Source: Campylobacterales bacterium (lineage in GTDB: Bacteria > Campylobacterota_A > Desulfurellia > JAADFJ01). From it: a stretch of DNA of 33,963 bases. The stretch spans positions 1 to 33,963 of the forward strand of contig JALWSW010000235.1 in assembly GCA_027080125.1 (NCBI GenBank). The letters are read 5' to 3'. The notes under the pieces were generated by a model, which was not told where the DNA came from, made no database searches, and was given only the letters and a program-made list of their open reading frames with translations. Positions within the stretch are counted from its first letter, which is position 1. Each line of letters begins with the position of its first letter. Positions 9,820 to 18,675 of the stretch are shown piece by piece. Both the position numbers and the translations under genes were made by a program.

Positions 9820-10739
9820 TAAAAGATAGTTTTGTTGCGGATAAGCTGCTCGAGCTTCCTTTTTTGTGGAATAGTGACAAACATACCGCATTTTTGGAAA
9901 AAAGACTAAAGGTTTCGGTTGTTTTCAGAGGCGGAGAGTTGGTTATTAAAGGTGAGGAGAAAAAAGTTAAAGATGCCCTGGAATATTTTAATCGACTGGA
10001 AACGGTTGTAGCCTCAGGTTATAGCGTCAAGGACTCCGGTTTTGAGCAGTTTTTCGAACTTCTGTGTTCAAACGGCAGTATTAAGCCTATAACGATAAAA
10101 AATCGCCATATTTTTCCCAAAACCGTAAACCAAAGCGAATATCTCAACAAGATAAGAAACAGCAGCATAGTTATGGGGATAGGTCCCTCAGGAACCGGCA
10201 AAACCTATCTGACCGTAGCAATGGCGGTTGAATCGCTTCTTTCTGGTGCAGTGCAAAGAATCATCCTTGCAAGACCTGCAGTTGAAGCCGGCGAGAGTCT
10301 CGGGTATCTTCCGGGTGATCTGTCTGAAAAAATCAATCCTTATCTAAGACCGTTATATGATGCGCTTTATGATATGATAGGACCTGAGAAGGTTGAGCGA
10401 TACATTGAAAACGGCAAGATTGAAATTGCGCCTCTTGCTTATATGCGAGGCAGGACACTTAACAGATCGTTTGCAATTCTTGATGAGGCGCAGAACAGCT
10501 CGGTTACTCAGATGAAGATGTTTCTTACACGTTTGGGTTTTGGCTCGAAAATGGTTATCACAGGAGATATAACACAGGTGGATCTTCCCGAACCGAAAAA
10601 ATCCGGTCTTTTAATCAGCGCTAAAATATTGGAAGGAATTGACAAAAATATAAAAATTGTCCGCTTCAATAGCGCCGATATCGTGAGGAATCCTCTTGTA
10701 TCAAAAATTATAGATGCTTACGAAAAGCAAAAAGATTAA
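9810..10739 (+). CDS. ybeZ: PhoH-like ATPase (YbeZ)
   Basis: 309 aa. Walker A GPSGTGKTY, the motifs RIILARPAVEAGESLGYLPGD and ILDEAQN, and a position directly upstream of ybeY. Confidence 0.9.
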   Translation: MGIIKDSFVADKLLELPFLWNSDKHTAFLEKRLKVSVVFRGGELVIKGEEKKVKDALEYFNRLETVVASGYSVKDSGFEQFFELLCSNGSIKPITIKNRHIFPKTVNQSEYLNKIRNSSIVMGIGPSGTGKTYLTVAMAVESLLSGAVQRIILARPAVEAGESLGYLPGDLSEKINPYLRPLYDALYDMIGPEKVERYIENGKIEIAPLAYMRGRTLNRSFAILDEAQNSSVTQMKMFLTRLGFGSKMVITGDITQVDLPEPKKSGLLISAKILEGIDKNIKIVRFNSADIVRNPLVSKIIDAYEKQKD

Positions 10740-11175
10740 TATTGTAAACAGTTTGGATAGCTGGTTTGTTCCTAAAAAAAAGATTGTCGATATTATGAGG
10801 TTTGTAGCAGATCTCCTCAAGATAGACGGTGAGTTAGATCTGCTTTTAACCGATGACAAAACCATCAGGAAATATAATAAAAGATATCGTTCTATTGACA
10901 GAGCTACCGATGTTTTGTCTTTTTCCGTATCGGATAACGGGTTTGTTTTGCCTGAGGAAAAGGTTTTCGGAAACATAATAATTTCGTGGGAGCAGCTCAA
11001 ACTTGATACGAGAGAGTTTGAGGTCGATATTGACGAGATGATGGCAAGGCTGATAATACATTCGGTTTTACATCTGTCAGGTTATGATCATATTGAAGAA
11101 AAGCAGCGTAAAGAGATGCAGAAAGAGGAGACAAGGCTGCTTAATCTTTACAAAGAACGTTTAACTTTAGTTTAA
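10714..11175 (+). CDS. ybeY: Endoribonuclease YbeY (rRNA maturation)
   Basis: 153 aa. It has the zinc motif HSVLHLSGYDH (HxxxHxxxxxH) and conserved phoH-ybeY adjacency. Confidence 0.88.
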   Translation: MLTKSKKINIVNSLDSWFVPKKKIVDIMRFVADLLKIDGELDLLLTDDKTIRKYNKRYRSIDRATDVLSFSVSDNGFVLPEEKVFGNIIISWEQLKLDTREFEVDIDEMMARLIIHSVLHLSGYDHIEEKQRKEMQKEETRLLNLYKERLTLV

Positions 11176-11775
11176 TTCCTCTTTTAGTCTTATCGGTGTT
11201 CGTTTTTCCGGATATTTTTCTTCTATATTTTTATAGAATGCTCTAATCTTATCCATATCATTTCTGATATTGCCAGTTGGAATAAGCCAATATCCTATTC
11301 CCACCTCTTTTTTCTTATAATCAATATATCCGCACAGAATCGGTATCTTTGCGCCGTTGGCAATCCAGTAGAATCCCGACTTCCAGTACGGTGCTTTTCC
11401 TCTTGTTCCTGAAGGGGGTATGATAATTGCGAGTTTTTCAGATGTTTCGAACTGTTTTATCACCTGTTTTGTAAGTCCGCTGTGCTTGGATCTGTCAATC
11501 GGTATTCCTCCGAGAAATTTCATTATTGAGCCAAACGGTTTTTTAAAAAGCGAATCTTTGCCCATCCAGGAAACCTTCAAGCGAAGGATATGAACTGCCG
11601 CAAGCATAAACGGAAAATCCCAGTTGCTTGTATGTGTTCCGATTATTACAAATTTTCCCTCTTTTGGAAATTCACCTTTGACATTCCAGCCGGTCACAAG
11701 CATCCAAATTCGCCCTATCCAGTATCCCAGAAGTCCTGTTGTGGGTCCGTTATGAATAACTTTAGATCCAATCAT
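11167..11775 (-). CDS. Lysophospholipid (1-acyl-sn-glycerol-3-phosphate-type) acyltransferase family protein
   Basis: 202 aa. HTSNWD matches the HxxxxD acyltransferase motif, and a PSGTRG block lies downstream. Its 3' end overlaps the convergent ybeY by 9 nt. Confidence 0.7.
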   Translation of the reverse strand: MIGSKVIHNGPTTGLLGYWIGRIWMLVTGWNVKGEFPKEGKFVIIGTHTSNWDFPFMLAAVHILRLKVSWMGKDSLFKKPFGSIMKFLGGIPIDRSKHSGLTKQVIKQFETSEKLAIIIPPSGTRGKAPYWKSGFYWIANGAKIPILCGYIDYKKKEVGIGYWLIPTGNIRNDMDKIRAFYKNIEEKYPEKRTPIRLKEELN

Positions 11776-11853
11776 CCCGTAAAAAATTTTTTGTATTTAT
11801 AAGTTGGATAATCAGGCTTAACTCCTTCTTTTTTTACCGAAAAACTCTGCTTA

Positions 11854-11930
11854 TGGGGTGGGTAGCGGGACTTGAACCCGCGACCCTTGGAGCCACAATC
11901 CAATGCTCTACCAACTGAGCTATACCCACC
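11854..11930 (-). tRNA. tRNA-His (GTG)
   Basis: The reverse complement folds as a cloverleaf: G(-1)+GTGGGTA acceptor, GCTC/GAGC D stem, TTGGA/TCCAA anticodon stem with loop TTGTGGC, GCGGG/CCCGC T stem with TTCAAGT loop. G-1, C73 and CCA are genome-encoded. Confidence 0.9.
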
Positions 11931-11943
11931 ATTTTGGTAAATT

Positions 11944-12019
11944 TGGTGAGCCGTGTAGGGATCGAACCTACGACCCGCAGATTAAGAGTCTGCTGCTCTA
12001 CCAGCTGAGCTAACGGCCC
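11944..12019 (-). tRNA. tRNA-Lys (CTT)
   Basis: The reverse complement is GGGCCGT acceptor, GCTC/GAGC D stem, GCAGA/TCTGC anticodon stem with loop CTCTTAA, GTAGG/CCTAC T stem with TTCGATC loop, and an encoded CCA. 76 nt. Confidence 0.9.
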
Positions 12020-12099
12020 AATCATAGTACATTGCAAGCTGTCAAAGTTTTTCCCGCAAGGGTTTATCCTTGTTATTATTTTATCAGTTTGCCTGCTCT

Positions 12100-12126
12100 A
12101 TTATAATAGAAATATCAGGGAGTCAA
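12100..12126 (-). promoter_or_regulatory. Possible promoter for the tRNA-Lys/tRNA-His transcript
   Basis: Minus strand reads TTGACT (12126-12121), 15-nt spacer, TATAAT (12105-12100). The -10 lies inside the perfect 12-bp palindrome CTATTATAATAG. The spacer is short, so this is tentative. Confidence 0.3.
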
Positions 12127-12153
12127 GTGGATTTCATAAATCTATCTGAGCAC

Positions 12154-12870
12154 TCACTCGGTTTTGCGGATTTCTGGAATTCCTATAACCGCATACATTC
12201 TTCCTGAATCTTTTCTTTTACGCCATGAGTAAAAAAGCTGAGCTTCGCATCCGGTGCACCATTTCTCTATGCAGATGTTGCCCTCTGGCACACCGGTATT
12301 AATCAGCATTTCTTTGTTTATGTATGCCAGATCTATAAACGGTTTTCCATTTTTTATTTTTGACGGTTGGTTGTAGCTGTTGAACCGTTTTGCTATTTTT
12401 TCCGAGACCTCATAGCAGCAATCTCTGATTGAAGGACCTATATAAACCATCAGTTTTTTCGGGTCCGCTGCAAACTCATCGATTAGTTTTTTCGCACAAA
12501 GATGTGCTATCTGTTTGCTGGTGCCGCGCCAGCCGGAATGAACCGCTGCAACGACACGATTGTTTTTGTCAAACATAAGAATTGGCACACAATCGGCGGT
12601 TCTTATTGATAAAAGCAGACCGGGAGTGTTTGTTATTAGACCGTCTGCTTCGTAGATTCTTTTTGTTTCCTTGGTAACTACAGCTATGTTTTTGCTGTGA
12701 ATCTGCTTTGGTTGATAGCAAAATGAAAACCTGTTTGAAAGCTCATGTAGGTTTGAAGCCATGAGAATAGGGGATGAATGTGATAATCCGAGAGGTATTT
12801 CGTAGTTAAACTGTCTGGTGGTAAAGAATATAACAGCCTTTTTCGTTCTCTTTATTATTGCTGCATCCAT
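12154..12870 (-). CDS. pgeF: Peptidoglycan editing factor PgeF (YfiH/DUF152, laccase-domain protein)
   Basis: 238 aa. Motifs TADCVPIL and HSGWRGT plus a C-terminal CT.C....FYS.R region are typical of the YfiH family. Confidence 0.85.
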   Translation of the reverse strand: MDAAIIKRTKKAVIFFTTRQFNYEIPLGLSHSSPILMASNLHELSNRFSFCYQPKQIHSKNIAVVTKETKRIYEADGLITNTPGLLLSIRTADCVPILMFDKNNRVVAAVHSGWRGTSKQIAHLCAKKLIDEFAADPKKLMVYIGPSIRDCCYEVSEKIAKRFNSYNQPSKIKNGKPFIDLAYINKEMLINTGVPEGNICIEKWCTGCEAQLFYSWRKRKDSGRMYAVIGIPEIRKTE

Positions 12871-14201
12871 TGACTTATGCGTGTTTTATAAAGTAAAAAG
12901 AGTGCGGCGCAACCTGTTAGATTGGATATGGGAATCGCCATCCAGACTCCATTTGCCCCATATGACATTGTTACCGATAGGATGTAGGCAAGCGGAATCA
13001 TAAAAAAAAACAGGTTGACAAGATTTACAATGCTTGGAGTAAGTGTATCGCCGGTTCCCATAAAGATTCTTGAAAAAATTACCGTGGCTCCGGCTGCCGG
13101 ATAACTGATTGCCTGAAGCCTCATAAAGAATGACCCTGATGTTATGATTTCGGCATCATTTGAAAATATTCCGATGATATATGGAGCAAAAATCAGATAT
13201 ATGAAGGATGCGGTTGCCACAAAGGCGGTTTCATATTTAAGAGCCACAACGACCGATTTTTTGAGCAGATCAAACCGTTTTGCCCCAAAACTTTGACCTG
13301 TCAGAACAAAAGCGGCGTTGCCAAGTCCAAAAGTTGGAAACAGGATTACCTGAAAGCTTCTTATTACAATTCCGAAGGCTGCAAGCGGTTTTGATCCGAA
13401 AATTGAGACTATTTTTACGGCTGCAAGCATGCTCGAGATTCTCCAGATAAGATGCATCGCCGCAGGTATTGCACCTTTTATTATTTTAGTAGTAAATTGA
13501 CCGACCGATTTTTTGTATTGCAGGATTGATAGCTTTATAAACCTTTTTCTGATAAAATAAATTTGAAGTGAAACGCCAAACATTCTTGCAATTACGGTGC
13601 TTATAGCTGCGCCTTTTACTCCCATTGGTGTAATTATTCCTAATCCGAGTATAAGCACAGGATCAAGTATCAGGTTGACAATATTTGATAAAATAATAAT
13701 TTTGAGCGCCTTTGATGGCTCTCCTATACTCCTTAACGCAGAATTGATAATCGGAAGAACGAAAAAAAGCGGCATTCCGTAGAAATTTATTTTAAGATAG
13801 ATATGAGCCATGCTGTAACTTTTTTCTTTTAAACCAAGCATATAAGGCAAAAATTGAGCCAATTGATTTGAGAATGCAACAGTTATAAGTGCGATGATAA
13901 GAGCTAAAAGAAGAGCATCGTAAAGGATATATGAGATTTTTGAATTGTCGCCTTTTCCCTTTTCTATTGCAATAAGACTGCCTGAGGACGCTGATATTCC
14001 GAATCCTATTGCCATAAAAAGCATCAGCAGTATTGCCGAACTTGTTACCGCGGCAATTGCGGCGTATCCAACCTTTGATACGAAAAATGTATCGACAAGG
14101 TTGAACAGATTCTGAAAAAGCATTTCGGTAACCATCGGATAGGATAGTTTCCGAAACTTCTTTTCCAGATCAACTGCTTTTAAACTGTTAATTTGCAGCA
14201 A
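12855..14201 (-). CDS. MATE family efflux transporter
   Basis: 448 aa with a TTG start. Polytopic membrane protein with the MATE N-terminal signature (LSYPMVTEMLFQNLFNLVDTFFVSKVGYAAIAAV) and an internal duplicated half. Confidence 0.85.
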   Translation of the reverse strand: MLQINSLKAVDLEKKFRKLSYPMVTEMLFQNLFNLVDTFFVSKVGYAAIAAVTSSAILLMLFMAIGFGISASSGSLIAIEKGKGDNSKISYILYDALLLALIIALITVAFSNQLAQFLPYMLGLKEKSYSMAHIYLKINFYGMPLFFVLPIINSALRSIGEPSKALKIIILSNIVNLILDPVLILGLGIITPMGVKGAAISTVIARMFGVSLQIYFIRKRFIKLSILQYKKSVGQFTTKIIKGAIPAAMHLIWRISSMLAAVKIVSIFGSKPLAAFGIVIRSFQVILFPTFGLGNAAFVLTGQSFGAKRFDLLKKSVVVALKYETAFVATASFIYLIFAPYIIGIFSNDAEIITSGSFFMRLQAISYPAAGATVIFSRIFMGTGDTLTPSIVNLVNLFFFMIPLAYILSVTMSYGANGVWMAIPISNLTGCAALFLLYKTRISQWMQQ

Positions 14202-14230
14202 CTGATAATCCGGTTATGAGAAGAATAGCT

Positions 14231-15574
14231 TTACATATTCTCTAATCTTGCACTCTCTATTCTTTTTTTGATATGGCTTTTTATCCATCTCCTGTCCCAT
14301 AAATAGATAGGATTTGCAGGGATTCCCGATACATAGATGCCAAAATGCAGATGATCACCTCCTGCCATCCCGGTTTGGCCTGTAATTCCGATTATCTCTC
14401 CCTGTTTTACATGCATACCTTTTTTTACATTGATTTTAGAAAGATGGGCGTATAGTGAAAATAACCCGAAACCGTGGTCAATTATTATGACATTTCCATA
14501 CAGATAAAGCCTTCCGGTAAACCTGATGATTCCTGATGCTGCGGCAGGTACATCAGAATGTGTTGTGGAGGCAAGGTCATAGCCCAGATGAAACTCTTTG
14601 TCGATAAGCTGATTTCCCATAAAATAACTTCTTAAATCGTTAAATTGTGATGTAACGACCGAATGGGGCAATTGAAGAAAACGCTTATGCCATAGCAGAT
14701 TGCCTTCAGATATCCGACAAAGCCTTCTAATCTCGGTATTATCTTTCTGACGTAGGATTCTATTCACATACAAAAACAGTTCTTTTTTGCTATCAAACGA
14801 TTTTCCCGCAGTTTGCATTGCTTTTTCTATGGTCAGCGGAGTAATTTTGATGGTAGTTTTTCTGAATCTTCTCTGTTTCCAATAAACCGGTAAATGCACA
14901 GTCGTTTTATTTCCCGCCAGATCGATTGCCGATATTGTGGCATTGCCAAGCGAAGCTTTGCTGTAAATAGGCCATGTGATAAATGTTGCGAAAGAATGAC
15001 CTTTGCCTATCAGCGCGTCTGCGTTGTAACCCGGAAATTTGTATCCGTCAACAGTTACCCAAGTTTTTTTCAGGAATTTATCTTTAACGCTCCAGATTGC
15101 TAATCCGATTCCACCTTTTTCAATTCTTATAGGCAGTCCGAATATATCAATCGTTGGTGATGTTTTGTCTATTATTATCTCCTTGCGTACCGTCTTGCTT
15201 GCCCCCTGAAGAAAATGCCTTATGCTTTTGTCGCTTGCAAAGACGGTGATTACGGCATTTCCGTCTGTAATATCAGAAGGAATTTTGAAATTCACAAGTT
15301 TTCTGTTGAAATTCTCCGCAAACGTTTTTTCAAACAATGTTTGCGAAACAAGAGCGTTTGATATTGTGATTTTTATCTGCTTTATGGCTGCCTTTTTGTC
15401 TTTTATTAATATCTGATAACCGTTTTTTCCTATAAATTTGTCTTTAGGAAGAGATATTTTTATCGGATGATAACCGATTCCCGAAAAATAATAGATTCCA
15501 AACAGAAAAAGAACAAACAATACAATTATTGATATGATTTTAGCTTTTCTTTTTTTTCTAACCGTGTAATACAT
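14231..15574 (-). CDS. M23 (LytM-type) metallopeptidase with N-terminal TM anchor and about 280-aa uncharacterised domain
   Basis: 447 aa. HLGYD (HxxxD) and GDHLHFGI (HxH) catalytic motifs are intact, and there is an N-terminal hydrophobic anchor. Confidence 0.85.
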   Translation of the reverse strand: MYYTVRKKRKAKIISIIVLFVLFLFGIYYFSGIGYHPIKISLPKDKFIGKNGYQILIKDKKAAIKQIKITISNALVSQTLFEKTFAENFNRKLVNFKIPSDITDGNAVITVFASDKSIRHFLQGASKTVRKEIIIDKTSPTIDIFGLPIRIEKGGIGLAIWSVKDKFLKKTWVTVDGYKFPGYNADALIGKGHSFATFITWPIYSKASLGNATISAIDLAGNKTTVHLPVYWKQRRFRKTTIKITPLTIEKAMQTAGKSFDSKKELFLYVNRILRQKDNTEIRRLCRISEGNLLWHKRFLQLPHSVVTSQFNDLRSYFMGNQLIDKEFHLGYDLASTTHSDVPAAASGIIRFTGRLYLYGNVIIIDHGFGLFSLYAHLSKINVKKGMHVKQGEIIGITGQTGMAGGDHLHFGIYVSGIPANPIYLWDRRWIKSHIKKRIESARLENM

Positions 15575-16091
15575 CGTTTTTTATCCTTTTTATTCTTTTT
15601 ATCGATTTTCTTATCCAGTTTCTTGAAACAGAGGATATTATTTGATCGTTAATAGTTTTCAGAATCGGGGAGGTGCTAACCAATTGAGTTGAAAAGTTCT
15701 TAGACGGACCGAAATTTTTGAGCAGAAATACCGTAAATGCCACCAGAATAACAATTTTGGCGAGTGAAAAGAGACCCCCCAGTATCTTGTCAATTATGTT
15801 TGTTGCACCGTTTGAGACGATAATATGCATAAGGAAACCTACAAGAATGGCTATGATATAAAAAAGAAGAAATGTCAACAAAAATGCAATAACCGATAGC
15901 ACAGAGGGGGGAAGTATAAGTTTGCCCAGCAGACTGTTTGCTATAAACGGGTAGTAGATTCTTGCCAGCTCTATCGATGCTATTACGCCAATCAGGCTTG
16001 ATAGCTCTCTGATAATACCACGGCGCGCTCCTCGTATTGCAAAGAGCAAAAACAGCCCTATAAGCAGTATGTCAATAATTCCAAATTTCAT
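15558..16091 (-). CDS. cvpA: CvpA family membrane protein
   Basis: 177 aa. The N-terminus IIDILLIGLFLLFAIRGARRGIIRELSSLIG is typical of CvpA, and there are 4 predicted TM helices. Confidence 0.8.
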   Translation of the reverse strand: MKFGIIDILLIGLFLLFAIRGARRGIIRELSSLIGVIASIELARIYYPFIANSLLGKLILPPSVLSVIAFLLTFLLFYIIAILVGFLMHIIVSNGATNIIDKILGGLFSLAKIVILVAFTVFLLKNFGPSKNFSTQLVSTSPILKTINDQIISSVSRNWIRKSIKRIKRIKNDVLHG

Positions 16092-17676
16092 CGGTTCTTA
16101 CTGTCGTTGTTTTGTAATTGTTGTATATGACCATTCCAAGTTTCGCTCCTTTTGGCTTTTTTATAAACTTTTTTAAAGTATAGTCAACATCTACCTTCCT
16201 GTTTTTGGAAGATTTGCTGTTTATGGCAGCCAGATATGCCGCATATTTCAGTTCTTTTTCGGAGTATTTCCCCTTTATCAGGATGTGAGAACCAGGCACC
16301 TCTTTCGCATGAAACCATAAATCGTTTTTTCCGGCTATGCCGAAGGTTATTTTTTCATTTCCTTTTGCATTTTTCCCGATATATATGATTACCTCATCGC
16401 TAAGCTTTTTTTTGATTATATTGCCCTCAGAAGAGCTCTTTTTTCTTTTTTGAGTCCATTTCTTTTTTATCAGTCCGATTTCAGAGAGTTCCTCTTCTAT
16501 TGAAGAAAGCTCATCTTCACCGGCAGAGCGTATCAGGTCGTATTCTATCTGTTTCAAGGTTTTTAGATCGTTTTCGATTTTTCCGATTATCTCTTTTTTG
16601 ATGGCGATTGTTCTTTTTAATTTTTTGGATTTCTTGAACAGATACGACATATTTTCTAATATTGTCAACTTTGGAGAAATCTCTATTTCTTTGCTATAGG
16701 GATTATCCGGCAATATAGAGCCACGCCTATTTTTATCTAATCTCCATAGATTGGACTTGATAAAAACGGCATATTCTTCATACTTTTTCCAGTCTTTGGT
16801 TTTTTCCAGTTCTTTATAGGTATTTGAAAGTTTTTTGTTAAGCTTTTCGAGCTCTTTTGCGATGATTTTATTCAGATATTCCTTTTTCTGCGCAACGATT
16901 TTATTATCTTCTTTTGAACGCAAATATTCAAACAGCGACATAAAATCATCAAAAATTCTGCTCTTTTGCTTGATATTTATTCTAAAAGGGAAAAGTATTT
17001 CCTTGTTTTTGTAATATACGATTCTCGGCTGGAAATTTTTATTTAAAAACTGTTTTTTGAGCTCTATAAATGTTGATGTTCCGTTTTCAAGAATCAGCGA
17101 AGCTGTTTTTTTTTCTATGCCGCAGTAATATTTCATAATTTTATCTACACCAATATTTTCCGGAAGATTACTTACCTGCCAGATTGGCAGTTTATACTGT
17201 TTTATAGGTTGCGGCCAGTTTTTTCCCGCTCTTATCGCTCTTGCAGAATTTACTCTTTGAGGGGTTATCTTCAAAGCATACAAAACCTTGTTTTCCTCAT
17301 CTGCTATTATGATATTCGGATTTCTCCCCAGAAACTCAAATATCATCTTATATCGAAATATTTTGGCTCCCACGGTTTTTTTTATCTGAATTATTAAAAC
17401 CCTGTCAGGAAGAGCAGTTGTAATGTTTAGAATGGCAGAACCCGCAAGATTTTTTTTGGCATATTGATAGAACCCGTCCTTTTCGGTAATTTTCGGAATA
17501 TACTTTTGTATAAAAATTGTTTGAGGATTTAGACAGAATATTACGGTTCTGAGCTTGCGAGCCTTTTTAAATATCAGGTTCAGACGATTTTGGGAAAAGT
17601 TAATTCCTATTATTTGAGATTTTATTAGCCATCCGCGTAAAACATTGGCTAAAACCTCTAATATCAGTGCATTCAT
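16072..17676 (-). CDS. rqcH: NFACT/FbpA-family protein (RqcH-like ribosome quality control factor)
   Basis: 534 aa. N-terminal NFACT-N features (PDRVLII, FLGRNPNIII), a long lysine/glutamate coiled coil, and a C-terminal DUF814-type block (DLWFHAKEVPGSHILIK). Confidence 0.8.
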   Translation of the reverse strand: MNALILEVLANVLRGWLIKSQIIGINFSQNRLNLIFKKARKLRTVIFCLNPQTIFIQKYIPKITEKDGFYQYAKKNLAGSAILNITTALPDRVLIIQIKKTVGAKIFRYKMIFEFLGRNPNIIIADEENKVLYALKITPQRVNSARAIRAGKNWPQPIKQYKLPIWQVSNLPENIGVDKIMKYYCGIEKKTASLILENGTSTFIELKKQFLNKNFQPRIVYYKNKEILFPFRINIKQKSRIFDDFMSLFEYLRSKEDNKIVAQKKEYLNKIIAKELEKLNKKLSNTYKELEKTKDWKKYEEYAVFIKSNLWRLDKNRRGSILPDNPYSKEIEISPKLTILENMSYLFKKSKKLKRTIAIKKEIIGKIENDLKTLKQIEYDLIRSAGEDELSSIEEELSEIGLIKKKWTQKRKKSSSEGNIIKKKLSDEVIIYIGKNAKGNEKITFGIAGKNDLWFHAKEVPGSHILIKGKYSEKELKYAAYLAAINSKSSKNRKVDVDYTLKKFIKKPKGAKLGMVIYNNYKTTTVRTDEIWNY

Positions 17677-17735
17677 CGATACTTTTTATGATACCTTTTC
17701 TACCTTGATAAATAGATATTTAACTATAGATCTGA

Positions 17736-17770
17736 TAAAAAATAGGATCACCTGATACCGGTGATCCTAT
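17736..17770 (-). terminator. Rho-independent terminator after rpsU
   Basis: Minus strand: 10-bp stem ATAGGATCAC/GTGATCCTAT (17742-17751 / 17761-17770), 9-nt loop, then a T-run (plus-strand A-run 17737-17742). It sits 33 nt downstream of the rpsU stop. Confidence 0.8.
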
Positions 17771-17803
17771 CTGTGACCATCTTAAAATCTTTTTTAAATT
17801 CTT

Positions 17804-18013
17804 TTACCTTCTATACATTCTTTCTGCTAACCGCTTCCGTTTGCGCGCTTTCTTTTTTGCTGCCATGAGCTCTCTTTTCCTTCTTTCGCTCGGTTTCTCA
17901 TAATGATCCCGCTTTTTAATCTCAGAAAGAATAGCCGCTCTTTCGCACTGTCTTTGAAAGCGTTTGTAGGCTTCTTCAAACGATTCACCGTTTCTGACTA
18001 CAACGCCCGGCAT
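17804..18013 (-). CDS. rpsU: 30S ribosomal protein S21
   Basis: 69 aa. [48 protein letters not shown] is the canonical S21 sequence pattern. Confidence 0.93.
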   Translation of the reverse strand: MPGVVVRNGESFEEAYKRFQRQCERAAILSEIKKRDHYEKPSERRKRELMAAKKKARKRKRLAERMYRR

Positions 18014-18050
18014 TACACATCACCCCACTTAATTATTTTAGTATCGTATC

Positions 18051-18079
18051 ATCCTATCACCCGCATAAAGAGATGTCAA
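18051..18079 (-). promoter_or_regulatory. Candidate sigma70 promoter for rpsU
   Basis: Minus strand reads TTGACA (18079-18074), 17-nt spacer, TAGGAT (18056-18051). This is about 38 nt upstream of the rpsU ATG. Confidence 0.55.
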
Positions 18080-18099
18080 GTAGTCTAAACTTGTCCGAA

Positions 18100-18663
18100 T
18101 CAGGTTTTCTTTTTTGTTATGCTTTCATAGATTCCGATAAGTTTTTCACTTGGTTGTTTTAAGTCGTCTCTAAAGTAATAGATTATAAAAGAGGCTATTA
18201 GCGAGACAATAAATGAGCCTGCAATATCAAAAGGAAAATGTACACCAATATAAACTCTTGATATTCCTCCTATCAGAGCAAGCGCGATAAGCAAAACGGC
18301 TGGTTTTCTTGTTTTTTTAAAATAGCTCAAAAGGAATGCAATCGAAAGCATCAGGGTTGTATGATCTGAGGGAAAAGAAGCGTCAGGGGAATGAGGGATA
18401 AGAAGTTTGCCCATACCAATCATATACGGTCTTGGATGAAAATAGAATGTTGCTATAAGAAAGTTTATAGCAAGTCCGGTTACAAAAGAATATCCTGCGT
18501 ATAGCGCTATCAGCTTATCCTTATAGAACCAGAGATACAGAAGATACAGCGCAAATATTATCGGCATATATTCGGCAAATATAATGATAATCTTGTCAAA
18601 AAAATGATTGCTGCCTGCCAAACTATTTATCAGGCGGAAAAGGTAGTAGTTTATTTGCTCCAT
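18100..18663 (-). CDS. PAP2-family phosphatase, probable undecaprenyl-diphosphate phosphatase (BcrC-type)
   Basis: 187 aa polytopic membrane protein with PAP2 motifs: PSDHTT, and SRVYIGVHFPFD (SR...H...D). Confidence 0.75.
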   Translation of the reverse strand: MEQINYYLFRLINSLAGSNHFFDKIIIIFAEYMPIIFALYLLYLWFYKDKLIALYAGYSFVTGLAINFLIATFYFHPRPYMIGMGKLLIPHSPDASFPSDHTTLMLSIAFLLSYFKKTRKPAVLLIALALIGGISRVYIGVHFPFDIAGSFIVSLIASFIIYYFRDDLKQPSEKLIGIYESITKKKT

Positions 18664-18675
18664 AACAGTAAACGA

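Noticed and set aside
11834-12037. 67-aa minus-strand ORF in the track
   Set aside because: It is simply a read-through of the tRNA-Lys and tRNA-His genes (it translates the tRNA stems) and is not a protein gene.
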